In this document: piece by piece, positions 62,795-64,000 of the stretch
Layout: every line of letters begins with the position of its first letter
Numbering within the stretch: the stretch's first letter is position 1
Source of the DNA: Squalus acanthias
Lineage: Eukaryota
NCBI GenBank assembly: GCA_030390025.1
Contig: CM059432.1
Coordinates: forward strand, 23,252,001-23,316,000
DNA length: 64,000 nt
Direction of reading: 5' to 3'
Made by a program: the position numbers and the translations under genes
The notes under the pieces: model-generated
What the model was told of the DNA's origin: nothing
The model's database searches: none
Seen by the model: the letters and a program-made list of their open reading frames with translations, nothing else

Positions 62795-63419
62795 AGAGCC
62801 TCTCACCATTTTAGCTATTTGCACATTCTTCTGACCTCCATTGATGTCTTTCCTTTGCCTCACTACGATGATCTGTTATACCACTGAAGAATTTCCTGCT
62901 TTTCTATTAAGCAAGTTGCAGGTGTTGCCATATTGGCAATTTTAGAAATGGGCATCATGTCCTTCAGTCAGGAAGGGGTGTGCAAAATGTTTCCCCTAGA
63001 AAATGTTCATTTTTTTTATACCATATTTGCTGCATTTTGCAGTTGAATGCATTAGTGTCAGTTGTAAAATGTACCGAATGCTGCACTGCTTTCCGGGCGG
63101 ACAGAAAACTTTCTTGCACAGAAATGAGTTGAATCCAACTCCCGTATGACCAACTCAAGTGCAGCACCATCCATCATCGGAATGGCCCCACATGCATTCC
63201 AAAGCGAGGCTGCTGCCTACGGGCACTAGGTCAAGCCCTCCTCCCATTTGCGACTCTTACTTCAAAGTTAGCATCTCCAAGAAGTATGTGCCACCATTTT
63301 TAGTGCCTGATAGGTGAGCAGATGCTTCTCTTGAAATTAAAAGTGGGTATATAGCGTATACCCTGACTACACCCTGGTCCCAGGTCTTTCAACCCATTAA
63401 CTTCCTTTCTGCGAATGGA

Positions 63420-64000
63420 GAATGCATAGAATAGCATAGAAACAGGAGGTTCAGTCCACCCAGTCCGTGTTGGTGTATTCCCCACAGGAGCGTGGTCCTA
63501 ATCCCATGAGAGCAGTGGTCCCAATCTCATGAGAGCAGTGGTCCCAATCTCATGAGAGCAGTTGTGTGCTCGCTCTGTTCCCATAGTCCTTCGTTCACCT
63601 TTTCTTCAACCACCGAACTAACCTATTCTTAAGTGTTGACATGGTCTCTGCTTCATTAACTAACTCTGATAGTTCATTCCTTAGCCTCAGAATCCACTGT
63701 ATATAAAAGGTTTCTCCTAGTCTCTGTCCTAAATCTCTTAAATTTAATATTATATCTATATCCCCTTGTTCGAAACCCCTCAATCACTGGAGACAGTCTG
63801 CTTCTACCTGCTCTGTCCCATCCCATCATAATTTTAAACATCACTATCAAATCACCCCTTAGCCCCAATTTTTTGAGTCCTTCTTTGTATTTGTATTTCC
63901 TCTTACCAGGAAGCATCCTAGTGAACCTGCGCTATACTCTACTGCTTTAATGTACCAGTGGGACTCCAACTTAGTCTTAATAAGATTTTACATAGATTCA
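63420..64000 (-). mobile_element. Degraded CR1 3' fragment with an internal 23-bp triplication (63492-63560)
   Basis: LKKLGLRGDLIVMFKIM remnant; gtggtcccaatctcatgagagca x3 (first copy imperfect). Confidence 0.7.

Overview
Vertebrate nuclear DNA, most likely from a cartilaginous fish (inferred from abundant CR1 LINEs with (TTCTATGA)n tails, Penelope, L2, Deu-type SINEs and Harbinger MITEs). The window holds the 3' parts of two convergent FACIT collagen genes. On + are the last 10 coding exons of a COL22A1-type gene (1971..24596). On - are the last 8 coding exons of a collagen IX alpha chain most like COL9A3 (62083..46883). The ~22 kb gap between their stop codons contains a four-level nest of transposons, a degraded endogenous retrovirus fragment (integrase plus an atypical, truncated env) and an intact single-exon 270-aa leucine-rich-repeat gene. 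Introns carry many Harbinger/PIF-type elements with readable TIRs and 3-bp TSDs; two encode spliced Myb/SANT proteins but no visible transposase. Best leads: (1) the COL22A1 / COL9A3-like tail-to-tail pair mirrors COL19A1/COL9A1 and suggests a retained FACIT ohnologue missing in mammals; (2) the unassigned LRR gene; (3) the unusual retroviral Env. Family assignments come from recall of known proteins, not from database searches.
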